NCBI GenBank assembly: GCA_002390205.1
Contig: DGOV01000083.1
Coordinates: 1,788 to 65,787, forward strand
Reading direction: 5' to 3'
Source: Proteobacteria bacterium UBA4457
GTDB lineage: Bacteria > Pseudomonadota > Gammaproteobacteria > Ga0077536
DNA length: 64,000 nucleotides
Position 1 is the stretch's first letter. Every line of letters begins with the position of its first letter. The notes beneath the pieces were generated by a model. The model made no database searches. It was not told the DNA's origin and saw only the letters and a program-made list of their open reading frames with translations. A program made the position numbers and the translations under genes. Below are positions 21,005-30,387 of the stretch, piece by piece.

Positions 21005-21862
21005 ATGAAAAATTACTTTGAAAAAAAGATAAGGTCTAGCAATTTTTTCTGCGTTGTAGGTATGCCGATAGCGCATAGTAAATCCCCTGTGATTCATGCC
21101 TTGTTTGGTGAGGGCGTGAATCTAGAATTGACATATGAAAAAATTGAGGTGAGTTCTGGGTGCTTAAGAGTAGCGATAGAGCAGTTTAAAAAAGCCGGTG
21201 GGATAGGAATGAATGTCACAGTTCCTTTAAAGGAAGAGGCTTTTGAGATTGCGGATGAGCAGTCCGATAGAGCTGTTAAAGCTGGTGCAGCAAATACGTT
21301 GTGTTTCAAAGATGGCAGAATAGTTGCTGACAATACCGATGGTAGCGGAATTGTTCGTGATCTTAAGCTGAATAATTCTATTACTTTAGAAGGAAAAACG
21401 ATCTTGATTTTGGGAGCGGGAGGCGCTGCCAAGGGCGTTATTCCTGCCTTGATTAAGGAAAACCCTTCCTCGATAAAGGTCAGTAACCGCACAATTTCAC
21501 GTGCTGAAGCGTTGGTAGAATTCACCAGAGACTATCCTTTAGAGGCACTAGAATGGGGGGCAAACTTAAGTTATCGTCCAGACATCGTCATAAACGCTAC
21601 GTCTTTAAGCTTGTCAAATGATCTACCGGAGATTGGTAGTCAAACCATAGGGCCTGGCAGCGTTGTTTACGACATGGCGTACACTGTTGGACCCACCAGT
21701 TTTATGCGCTTTTCCGAATCACTGGGTGCCTCTCAAATATTGGACGGACTTGGTATGCTGGTTGAGCAAGCTGCGGAAGCGTTTTTCCTCTGGCATGGTA
21801 TATTTCCAGAAACTTCTTCTGTTATTGAATATTTGCGTAATGAAAATAGTTCAAAGAGCTAG
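21005..21862 (+). CDS. aroE: Shikimate dehydrogenase
   Basis: HSKSPVIH, NVTVPLKE, NTDG, GAGGAA, NRT, GLGMLVEQAA. Confidence 0.96.
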   Translation: MKNYFEKKIRSSNFFCVVGMPIAHSKSPVIHALFGEGVNLELTYEKIEVSSGCLRVAIEQFKKAGGIGMNVTVPLKEEAFEIADEQSDRAVKAGAANTLCFKDGRIVADNTDGSGIVRDLKLNNSITLEGKTILILGAGGAAKGVIPALIKENPSSIKVSNRTISRAEALVEFTRDYPLEALEWGANLSYRPDIVINATSLSLSNDLPEIGSQTIGPGSVVYDMAYTVGPTSFMRFSESLGASQILDGLGMLVEQAAEAFFLWHGIFPETSSVIEYLRNENSSKS

Positions 21863-23178
21863 AGCAGGCCGTTCATTTTATCGACAGTGTTTGGCAGCCA
21901 TAATACGGCATTAGGGAAGGATATAATCAGAGCAAGCACAACGATCTGTATAAGCACAAAGGGAGTGATCCCTTTATAAATGTGAGAGAGCTTTATCTCG
22001 GGTGGGGAGACCGCTTTGAGATAAAAAAGTGAAAAGCCGAATGGTGGTGTTAGAAAAGACGTTTGAAGATTGACTGCTATGATTAGCGCGAACCACAGCA
22101 AGTCGATGCCAAGGCTTCTAGCTATCGGTTCGAGTATAGGCACCACAATAAAACAAATTTCAACGAAATCTAGGAAAAATCCTAGAATGAAAATAACTAC
22201 CATACTCACGACAATAAACGTTAATTGGCTGCCACCACCAGTTGAATAAAAAAAGCTACTCACAGCATGATCGCCACCTAGACTCTTAAAAACCAGCCCG
22301 AAAGCCGTTGCTCCGACAAGAATCAGAAAAACCATGCTCGTTAGCTTCACTGTCTCTAGGGCGGCACTGTTCAGTATTGACCACCGCATTCGTTTTCGGC
22401 TAACGGCAATGAGAATAGCGCCTAAGGCGCCAAGGGCGGCAGACTCAGTTGGTGACGCTATCCCAAGAAAAATCGAGCCTAGTACTGATAGCATTAAGAC
22501 AAGTGGGGGCGTTAGGGATTTGATAATTTCGGCCCTCGAGAGAGTGCTTTCTTTTAATATTATAGCAGGAGCGACAAGAGGGTTTTTCATAGAAATCACC
22601 ATCACGTACGAGATATATAAGCCCACGAGTACTAAGCCAGGCAGCAGTGTTGCCATGAAGAGTCTGCCTACAGGGACTCCCATAATGTCAGCAAGAAGTA
22701 TCGCTACTATACTTGGTGGAATTACCTGTCCTAGGGTTCCTGAGGCCGCTATGGTGCCACAAGCCAGAGAGCGGTCATATCCATGTCTCAGCATTGTTGG
22801 CAGTGCAATCACTCCCATAGTGACTACCGTGGCGCCGGCCACTCCTGTAGTGGCAGCGAGTAAAGCACCAACGAGTATCACTGCAATAGCAAGGCCGCCC
22901 TTTTTTTTCCCAAAAAGCGCAGCGCTAGTTTCTAGTAAGTCTTGTGCTAGCCCAGATTTTTCGAGAATGACTCCCATTAATACGAACAAAGGGACTGCCA
23001 GTAAGGTAAAGTTAGTCATTATTCCCCAAATTCGAAGGGGTAGTAGCTGAAAGAAATCTATTCCTAAGGCAAATGTGCCGAAGAAGACAGATACTGCACC
23101 AAGAGTAAAAGCGACGGGGTAGCCGAATAAAAGAGCAGGAATTATCACTACGAACATTCCTAATGCATAATATTCCAT
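21859..23178 (-). CDS. TRAP transporter large permease subunit (DctM)
   Basis: LLAVPLFVLMG, GTLGQVIPPS, NLQTSFLTPPFG; very hydrophobic. Confidence 0.93.
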   Translation of the reverse strand: MEYYALGMFVVIIPALLFGYPVAFTLGAVSVFFGTFALGIDFFQLLPLRIWGIMTNFTLLAVPLFVLMGVILEKSGLAQDLLETSAALFGKKKGGLAIAVILVGALLAATTGVAGATVVTMGVIALPTMLRHGYDRSLACGTIAASGTLGQVIPPSIVAILLADIMGVPVGRLFMATLLPGLVLVGLYISYVMVISMKNPLVAPAIILKESTLSRAEIIKSLTPPLVLMLSVLGSIFLGIASPTESAALGALGAILIAVSRKRMRWSILNSAALETVKLTSMVFLILVGATAFGLVFKSLGGDHAVSSFFYSTGGGSQLTFIVVSMVVIFILGFFLDFVEICFIVVPILEPIARSLGIDLLWFALIIAVNLQTSFLTPPFGFSLFYLKAVSPPEIKLSHIYKGITPFVLIQIVVLALIISFPNAVLWLPNTVDKMNGLL

Positions 23179-23183
23179 AGGGA

Positions 23184-23693
23184 TTAAACTTTATTCCACT
23201 CGCGAAAGGCTGCTAAGGCAGTGATAATGCCTTGAACACACAGTAATGAGGCCCCTAACGGAATCAATGACTTAACTATCCACCGGTGAGTCAGGCCACC
23301 AGGGTCTGGAGAAGTTTCAGCATAATGGAATGCATCGAATACAAAAGCACCTGAGCTCCATACGATAACGCCACAAAAAGGGAGTAGAAAAAAGAGAGCT
23401 CCAAGCAAGTCAATCAGCTTTCTTGTGCGTTGGCTGCAGAATCTACTTTTAAAAAACATATCCACTCTAACATGCTGGTCACACCTTAAGGTGTAAGCCG
23501 AACCTAGCAAGAAAACCGCACTAAAAAGGTGCCATTCGAGCTCTTGAAAAGCTACGGAGCCTTGATTTAAGAAGTAGCGCATGAACACATCAAGAGCAGT
23601 CACTGTCATTAGAAGAACTAAAGCGTAAGCCGATAACTGTCCGAAGGTATCGATAATAAGGCCAGGGGCTTTTGTAATTCGTTTGCTAAACAT
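23184..23693 (-). CDS. TRAP transporter small permease subunit (DctQ)
   Basis: DVFMRYFLN, QELEWHLFSAVFLLG, HVRVD; 4 TM segments; directly upstream of dctM. Confidence 0.92.
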   Translation of the reverse strand: MFSKRITKAPGLIIDTFGQLSAYALVLLMTVTALDVFMRYFLNQGSVAFQELEWHLFSAVFLLGSAYTLRCDQHVRVDMFFKSRFCSQRTRKLIDLLGALFFLLPFCGVIVWSSGAFVFDAFHYAETSPDPGGLTHRWIVKSLIPLGASLLCVQGIITALAAFREWNKV

Positions 23694-23827
23694 TGCGCTT
23701 GTTGAGGTACACTTTAATTATTACTGATAATTATTTATATTATCATGAACAAAGCAGGCATTCTTCATAGATGATTCGAGGCTTTAAGGCGTTTGAAAAT
23801 GCTCTTTTTCTCAGCCTGTTTCATAAT

Positions 23828-24054
23828 TTATGCACACTTACTTTACTCGAACAAGGTAGAAGTAGTAACTTATCGGATAAAAGCACTAATTAGCTCTTAC
23901 ATAACCTCATAAGTTATTGTTTATATTAAGTATATTTTAAAGATGGCTAAATTTTGACCGATCTATCAATGTAAGCCTGTTTTGCGGCCTTAAGGAACTC
24001 TTTGTCTAGCTTGTTCACAAGGTTATCCACAGAAACTGTGGGTAACCTTGTGAA
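23828..24054. promoter_or_regulatory. DnaA-box cluster with IHF-like site and 19-bp inverted repeat
   Basis: TTATGCACA 23828-23836; TTGTTCACA 24011-24019; TTATCCACA 24023-24031; TGTGGGTAA 24037-24045. IHF-like TAAGTTATTGTTT at 23910-23922. AT-rich intergenic region of about 430 bp. Confidence 0.6.
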
Positions 24055-24124
24055 GTCTTCTGCAGCAGGTCTAGTGTTTACGGTGAATATCTCCGTGACT
24101 GGCCACGCAGGTTGTAGAGGCGAA

Positions 24125-24910
24125 CTAAAGTGAATGTAATTTCATCTTTGCCAGTGTTTCATAAGAGGAGATAGAGATACTTTCCGCGCGGTCTTTGGGA
24201 TCTATTCCAGCTTCTATCAGAGAATCTACAGTGAAAATTTTACGCAGTGAGTTCGCGATAGTTTTCCGCCTGGTATTAAATGCAGTTCGGACGATATCTT
24301 CCAGGCATTTTTCGAAATCAGGTAATACGATATGCTCTTTTTTGATGAATCTCACGATGGCGGATTGTACTTTTGGTATTGGCTCAAAAGAGTTCTTGTC
24401 AACCTCAAAATGGTATTCTATTTGTGCTTTCCTTTGGGCCATTATTGATAAGCGACCATATGATTTTGAACCACATATCGCGGTGAAACGCTCAGCAACC
24501 TCCTTCTGAAGCATGAATATCATTTCCGACCATATTCCTTGGTAATTTAATAGTTTGATAATTAGAGGTGTAGCGATATTGTAAGGAAGGTTGCCGACAA
24601 TCTTCCACTGTGTAGAATTGATAGTTAGCTTTTCTATATCACAAGTTAAAATATCTTCGTTCGAAATTAAAAAATTATCAGCACCCCTATAGTGATTTTT
24701 CATTTGTGCATATAGGTTTCGGTCAATCTCTACCGCTGTTACTCTCGAACCAGCATCTACAAGATGATCAGTAAGGGCTCTTGCTCCTGGCCCGATCTCT
24801 AATATGTGTTCATCAGGCTGTGGGCGAATTAGGCTAATTATTTTGTCGATAATATATTCATCGGTAAGGAAATTTTGACCGAACCGTTTTCGAGCTCTTG
24901 GAAGGTTCAT
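24125..24910 (-). CDS. rsmA: 16S rRNA m6(2)A1518/1519 dimethyltransferase
   Basis: RKRFGQNFL, LEIGPG, VGNLPYNIATP, MLQKEVAER, RRKTIANSL. Confidence 0.97.
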   Translation of the reverse strand: MNLPRARKRFGQNFLTDEYIIDKIISLIRPQPDEHILEIGPGARALTDHLVDAGSRVTAVEIDRNLYAQMKNHYRGADNFLISNEDILTCDIEKLTINSTQWKIVGNLPYNIATPLIIKLLNYQGIWSEMIFMLQKEVAERFTAICGSKSYGRLSIMAQRKAQIEYHFEVDKNSFEPIPKVQSAIVRFIKKEHIVLPDFEKCLEDIVRTAFNTRRKTIANSLRKIFTVDSLIEAGIDPKDRAESISISSYETLAKMKLHSL

Positions 24911-25977
24911 TTCTCTTGGGTTTTTTTGATTTTTACCATCGATTTTGCAAGGTCGATGGCTGCGATAAGACTTCCTGCAGAAGATTTTCCAGTACCTGCT
25001 ATATCTAATCCCGTTCCATGATCCACGGACGTTCTTACTATAGGGATGCCTAAAGTAACGTTGACAGCCTCCCCAAAACCAAGTGTTTTGAGAGCTGTTA
25101 AGCCTTGATCATGGTACATACTGATAATAGCATCGTATTTTTTTCGCTGAGACGTCGTAAATGCACTATCTGCAGAGACTGGCCCCGTAATTTTTATGCC
25201 TGTATTTCTCAACTCCTTGGCTGTAGGAGAGATCACTGTAGTCTCTTCCTGACCTAGGTAGCCGCCCTCTCCGGCATGAGGGTTGAGACCACATAACCAG
25301 ATGTTGGGTGAACTGATCCCAAATTTGTCGTTTAATTCTTGATGAACGATAGTGGCGACGTGTTTTATTAGTGTGCTAGTTACAGCATTAGAAACGTCTT
25401 TTAAAGGGATATGGGTAGTTAATAGGACTACTCGGAGTTTGCCAGCTACTAGCATCATCACAGGCCGCTGCGAGCCTAGCCTGTCTGCCAGATATTGAGT
25501 ATGGCCAGAAAATGTAACCCCAGCCTGATTAATGACTTCTTTACTAATAGGACCAGTCGTTATCGCGTCCAGCTTAGAGGAACTACAGGCATCTATTGCT
25601 TGGTCAAGACAGTCCAAGACGTAACTCGAATTCTCGGGATTAGGCTTACCAGGAACTACTTTTACTTTTGACTGTACCGGGACGATCTGCATCGTGCCAG
25701 GTTTATGTGGTTGTGCAAACTGCGCATCTTCAAGCTCGGCGATATTGAGATTGATACCAAGCAATTTAGCACGGTCTGCAATTATTTCAGGATCTGCATA
25801 AACAAGAGTTTTTTCGGTTCTTTGAAGCTGGCTAATTGTGATGGCAATATCCGGACCTATGCCGCTTGGCTCTCCTGGAGATAGCGCAATCTTCAGGTTC
25901 TGTTCTGGATCAGTTATTACGGTGTTCGACATAGGCTTCGTCTCGGAGTCGCCTGAGCCAATACTGTCGTCGCTCAT
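24907..25977 (-). CDS. pdxA: 4-hydroxythreonine-4-phosphate dehydrogenase
   Basis: GEPSGIGPD, FSGHT, GLNPHAGE, MYHDQG, RTSVDHGT. The true start may be 25932. Confidence 0.96.
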   Translation of the reverse strand: MSDDSIGSGDSETKPMSNTVITDPEQNLKIALSPGEPSGIGPDIAITISQLQRTEKTLVYADPEIIADRAKLLGINLNIAELEDAQFAQPHKPGTMQIVPVQSKVKVVPGKPNPENSSYVLDCLDQAIDACSSSKLDAITTGPISKEVINQAGVTFSGHTQYLADRLGSQRPVMMLVAGKLRVVLLTTHIPLKDVSNAVTSTLIKHVATIVHQELNDKFGISSPNIWLCGLNPHAGEGGYLGQEETTVISPTAKELRNTGIKITGPVSADSAFTTSQRKKYDAIISMYHDQGLTALKTLGFGEAVNVTLGIPIVRTSVDHGTGLDIAGTGKSSAGSLIAAIDLAKSMVKIKKTQEK

Positions 25978-27292
25978 CTAGTTTTTGTTGCCGAATAGCT
26001 CTTCGGGCTCTATCTCGTCGAATTGCCTCTGTCCCATCGAAATTTCTTGTTTCTGTAACTTGGAGAATATGGAAGCCAAACTCTGTTTCAAATGGGGGAC
26101 TCACCATTCCGATGTCGATTGCTGTCATAATTTCTTCAAATTCAGGAACCATTTCCCCTTCACTTACCCACCCTAGATCGCCTCCTTGCAGGGCAGAAGT
26201 CCTGTCATCAGAGTTTGTTCGGGCAATTTGTGCAAAATTGTCGTCTCCCTCTAAGTCAAAACGTTTTTTCAAATTACTTATTCTATTTGCAACTTGTTCC
26301 ATAGGTAGTAATTCATTAGGAGAAATAAGTATATGCCGGGTTTTATATTGCGGGATCATGAATTCTTCTAGATTACGCTTATCAGTAAGTTGAATGATAT
26401 GAAATCCACTGGCATTAGTTATTATGCCGCTATTCTCGCCGACTTTTAATGCGCTGATAGAGTCGGCGAAAAGCCCGGGCACTTGGCTTCCTTTCCTCCA
26501 CCCGAGGTCTCCCCCTTCCAGCGCTTGTTGCCCGTCAGAAACACGTATCGCAACTTCACCGAAGTCATCGCCAGCCTCTATCAAACCTAGCGCTTCCTCT
26601 GTTTTTTCCCGAGCTTTTTGGATTTGTTTGTTGTCGGCTTCAGAGGGGACAGATATCAAAATATGCGAGATGCGATATTCTTGAAGTTCCGCAGTATTCG
26701 ACTCGTTACGCAGGTAGTTATCTATTTCGGTTTCTCGCACACGAATTTTATTATCCACTTCAGTTTTTCTGAGCTTGGATATAATAATTTCTTGACGGAT
26801 TTGTTCTTTGAAGACATCAAACTGATAGTTTTCAGAGGCTAGTACTTCTTTGAACTGCTCTAGGTTGAGATTGTTTTGTTTGGCCATGTCCATTATTGCT
26901 AGTTTTAATACATCGTCTCCGACCTCAATTTTCACTTGCTCAGCATATTGGAGCTGGACTTTTTCTAGGACTAATCTCTCCATCACTTGCCGCTGTAGGA
27001 CGGCATTTGGAGGCATTCGAGTCGCTTGTTGCTGCATTTGAAATTTGACGCGATCAGTTTGCTCGTTCACCTCGCTTTGCATCACTACGTCCATCTCTAC
27101 TATAGCCACTATTCGGTCAAGTTCTTCTGCACAGATGCTGAAACTAGTCCATGGGAGGGCAACAATAGCAAGAACAGCAAATAAAGATGAAAGCCCGGTG
27201 GGTTTCTTTTTAGCTGCTATAGGAGGAGAAATTGGGTTCGGCAACACAAACATACGGCTACTTTTTTTTGTCGATGAGGAATTATACCGCAA
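25910..27292 (-). CDS. surA: Periplasmic chaperone/PPIase SurA
   Basis: LDRIVAIVE and two parvulin domains (ISHILI...GGDLGW; TRHILI...GGDLGW); between lptD and pdxA. Start uncertain. Confidence 0.95.
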   Translation of the reverse strand: MRYNSSSTKKSSRMFVLPNPISPPIAAKKKPTGLSSLFAVLAIVALPWTSFSICAEELDRIVAIVEMDVVMQSEVNEQTDRVKFQMQQQATRMPPNAVLQRQVMERLVLEKVQLQYAEQVKIEVGDDVLKLAIMDMAKQNNLNLEQFKEVLASENYQFDVFKEQIRQEIIISKLRKTEVDNKIRVRETEIDNYLRNESNTAELQEYRISHILISVPSEADNKQIQKAREKTEEALGLIEAGDDFGEVAIRVSDGQQALEGGDLGWRKGSQVPGLFADSISALKVGENSGIITNASGFHIIQLTDKRNLEEFMIPQYKTRHILISPNELLPMEQVANRISNLKKRFDLEGDDNFAQIARTNSDDRTSALQGGDLGWVSEGEMVPEFEEIMTAIDIGMVSPPFETEFGFHILQVTETRNFDGTEAIRRDRARRAIRQQKLDERRQYWLRRLRDEAYVEHRNN

Positions 27293-27346
27293 AACTGTCA
27301 GCGTAAGACATTCGTTTTCTATCTTTTTCTTTGTGAGGGATGGATT

Positions 27347-29644
27347 TTAATCAAATGGACTTCTAGATTCAGGTAGGTGTCTAGATATTAGTGGATCGCG
27401 TCCTTTACCGAGTCCCATTAGCCCTCTTAGCCTCAACTGTATAAACATACCGGTAATGAATTCGGGTTGAGAGCTTATGTTGGTCCCGTTCAAATATCTC
27501 TGCCCGATTACACTGATACTCCAACAACAACTGTCATACTCTATCCCTCCAAAAGCCTCGAGAGTCGTCTTGTCATGCAGTGTGTAGCTCCACTGCCCGA
27601 TCATCGACGTATTCTTGAATGTAGGAATAGGGAATCGAAATGAAGTGTCCACTTGTTCTATATTCTGGCTCCAACTATTAGGTGCCCTAGTGAATCGATA
27701 GGCAGCTTTTAAGATGGTGTTTTGTTCTGGTTGGTAAAGCAACGAGATAGCTTTTCTTTCAGTTTTTTTCGATTCAGGCTCCCATACTAGGGAACCTGTT
27801 ATCTTTGTTGTAGACGACAGGTTGATTTCTCCCTCAGCGAATAGGTTTGAGAGCGCCTTGTTGGAGTATGTTTGTCCAGGGAGAGTGATTTCTCGTCTAT
27901 CTAGATGGAATACCTGTCCAATGCCAATCGACATGATTTGCCGTCCAGTGTCTTTGTGAGATAGCCGGGATGACACCCCTAAAGTCATTCGGTTCGCATC
28001 GCCAATTCTGTCGCCACCAAACTGAGTATAACCTCCTGAAAAACGATGAGGCAGGTACATGGTATGAGTGTTTATATCCATTGCCCCGGTATCAAAAATA
28101 GGGAGGTTATCTTGGTTTACTTTAGGGACATATAGATAGTAGGCTCTTGGCTCTAGAGTCTGAAAGAGAGTCTTTCCCCAGAGCGAGAAATTACGCTCGG
28201 CAAAGAGAGTCGCATCGATGCTTATAATAGGAACCGTTCGAGATTGGTCTTCATAGACGCCACTGGGGTCATCGTTAAAATACTCTGTGTGGGCGACTAC
28301 AATTTTAGGAATGACCTGCAGGTATGGTTTTCGGTAACTGTAAGCTAGAGATGGGGCAGCTGTCGCGCGAATACTACTAAGGCTCTGAGACTTATAGAAG
28401 TAACTAGCATCCGATTTAATTGCAGCTTCAAATCCCCCCTTTGTTTTGAAAGTGTGCCCAAGTTCTACGCGTGGGAGGAGTTTATAAGGTTTGTATGCCG
28501 CCGGCAGATCATCTATCAACGTCTGATAGTCTCGTGTCACGGCATAGAATCGAGTCCCCAGGTTATTATAGGTAAACTCTAACTTACGCTCCATGAATGC
28601 TTGGGATGAAGCCCCAATAGTGTTGCCAAAATCTTTGAAATACTCGTTGTCAGATACGTTGTTAAACAAAAGGTCTAAGCGTGCGCGATTACCTAAAAAT
28701 AACTGGTGGTGTTCGATTGAGAGGTAAGATCTGTCTTCATTATTTCGTATATTATCCCCAGACAAGTACTCCGCATTAATGGTGCCAGAATAAGTGGAAT
28801 TAAGATATCGATATTCTCCGTCAAGCATAACACCGCGCTCTTGCATTAGCCGAGGAGCAATGGTGGCGTCCCGTGAGGGGGCGATATTCCAATAATAAGG
28901 CAGTTGCGTATCGAATCCAGATTCGTTGCTGGTACCGAATACAGGAGCTAAAAAGCCTGATTTTCTCCGTTTTGTAGTGGGGAAGTTGACATAAGGCATA
29001 TAGAAGACCGGTACGTCCATAAATCGTACGATGGCATTACTTGCAGAGGCACGGTCATTACTATGGTCGACTCTTAGCGCGCTCGCATGTAATCGCCAAG
29101 CCTCGGAGGTCACGGGACATGTGGTGTACTCGACGTCCTTAAATATACTGATGTCACGTGCTGAGTCATGCTCGATTTTAGAGGCAGACCCCCTCCCTGG
29201 GCCATTACCAAGCCAATATTTCCCGTCCGAGAGTAAAGCGATTTCTTTTTGTGAGTCGAATTTTATGGTGTCACCGGCCCAAACCATCCCTTTGTCCCAC
29301 AGATGCGCACGTCCTTCGGCATTATAGGTCCCCGTATCCTTATCATAAGTGACTACTTCGGCTCTAATTGACTGAGAATTTTTGATTACTTCGACATTTC
29401 CCTGAAATTGACTTGGGCCAGCCTGCACAATCCTCGAACTCTGCGCTCTGATTTCTGTACTTCCAAATTCAATATTCTCGGGATCGCTGTATAAGGGACG
29501 TTCGGGTTTGAATTGCCCGCTTGGGCAGAATTGCCAAGTCCTCCCCCCAACTTCGTTCGCTAGTGAGCCTTGTGAATAGTAAATACAGATACAAATAACA
29601 GAGTAGATGATCTGTTTAAGTGACAAGCCATGTCGTGTTTTCAA
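27347..29644 (-). CDS. lptD: LPS assembly outer-membrane protein LptD
   Basis: YTTCP, PVFYMPY, RKSGFLAP, PYYWNIAP, QTLEPRAYY, GDANR, YDSCCW. Confidence 0.96.
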   Translation of the reverse strand: MKTRHGLSLKQIIYSVICICIYYSQGSLANEVGGRTWQFCPSGQFKPERPLYSDPENIEFGSTEIRAQSSRIVQAGPSQFQGNVEVIKNSQSIRAEVVTYDKDTGTYNAEGRAHLWDKGMVWAGDTIKFDSQKEIALLSDGKYWLGNGPGRGSASKIEHDSARDISIFKDVEYTTCPVTSEAWRLHASALRVDHSNDRASASNAIVRFMDVPVFYMPYVNFPTTKRRKSGFLAPVFGTSNESGFDTQLPYYWNIAPSRDATIAPRLMQERGVMLDGEYRYLNSTYSGTINAEYLSGDNIRNNEDRSYLSIEHHQLFLGNRARLDLLFNNVSDNEYFKDFGNTIGASSQAFMERKLEFTYNNLGTRFYAVTRDYQTLIDDLPAAYKPYKLLPRVELGHTFKTKGGFEAAIKSDASYFYKSQSLSSIRATAAPSLAYSYRKPYLQVIPKIVVAHTEYFNDDPSGVYEDQSRTVPIISIDATLFAERNFSLWGKTLFQTLEPRAYYLYVPKVNQDNLPIFDTGAMDINTHTMYLPHRFSGGYTQFGGDRIGDANRMTLGVSSRLSHKDTGRQIMSIGIGQVFHLDRREITLPGQTYSNKALSNLFAEGEINLSSTTKITGSLVWEPESKKTERKAISLLYQPEQNTILKAAYRFTRAPNSWSQNIEQVDTSFRFPIPTFKNTSMIGQWSYTLHDKTTLEAFGGIEYDSCCWSISVIGQRYLNGTNISSQPEFITGMFIQLRLRGLMGLGKGRDPLISRHLPESRSPFD

Positions 29645-29784
29645 TAGTGAGCTAACTGTTGTGTCCTCAATTAATCTAAGCCGGCGGGCACGGTATGTAA
29701 AAGTGTCATAGATTGACTAGCCATTCAATAGGCCTTTATTGGTTTGTTCATGTTGCACAATTATATTAAGCCAATTTGAGTTTT

Positions 29785-30387
29785 TTAATAGTCGGAGTTG
29801 CGGCTCTTAATGATTTTTTCTACTTTATCAAGTTTTAGCTGGGCATTACTTTCCGCTAGGATTGCTAATTTTTCTTGGTTGGTGGGTTCCAAAAACTCAG
29901 CAAGGCGATAAGCAACCCAGCTGGCCTCTCCAAGTATTGGTGGTGTGAGTATGTCGGGTTCTCGACTATTCATTAAAATCTTTTTTAGTAAGCTTACTGG
30001 CTTTGAATGTGAATCTAATATCTTTTCATTCTGAGTCAGATGAGGTTGGGTTCGACCTAGTATTAGTCCATTACTTTCAAGGCTATAACTATTTACTTGG
30101 AAGGGCTCGGTGCCTTGAACTGTGATATGGAGCAAGCCGTCGGGCCCTTGATCAAACGATACTATTTTTGCGAGCGTCCCTATTTCTTCGATATCTAGAT
30201 TAATAGTATTTTTTGAATCTGCCTTAATTAGGACGACTCCAAACTCTTTTTGCTTCTTTAGACAATCCTTAATCATGTCTAGATATCGTATTTCAAAAAT
30301 CCTTAGCTCTAATAACCCCTTTGGAAATAAAACGAGGTTCAGCGGAAATAAAGGGATCGTGTCTGGGCATTGTGTAGGTGTTGTCAT
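29785..30387 (-). CDS. LON peptidase substrate-binding (N-terminal) domain protein
   Basis: IPLFPLNLVLFP and LRIFEIRYLDM; no ATPase domain. Confidence 0.88.
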   Translation of the reverse strand: MTTPTQCPDTIPLFPLNLVLFPKGLLELRIFEIRYLDMIKDCLKKQKEFGVVLIKADSKNTINLDIEEIGTLAKIVSFDQGPDGLLHITVQGTEPFQVNSYSLESNGLILGRTQPHLTQNEKILDSHSKPVSLLKKILMNSREPDILTPPILGEASWVAYRLAEFLEPTNQEKLAILAESNAQLKLDKVEKIIKSRNSDY

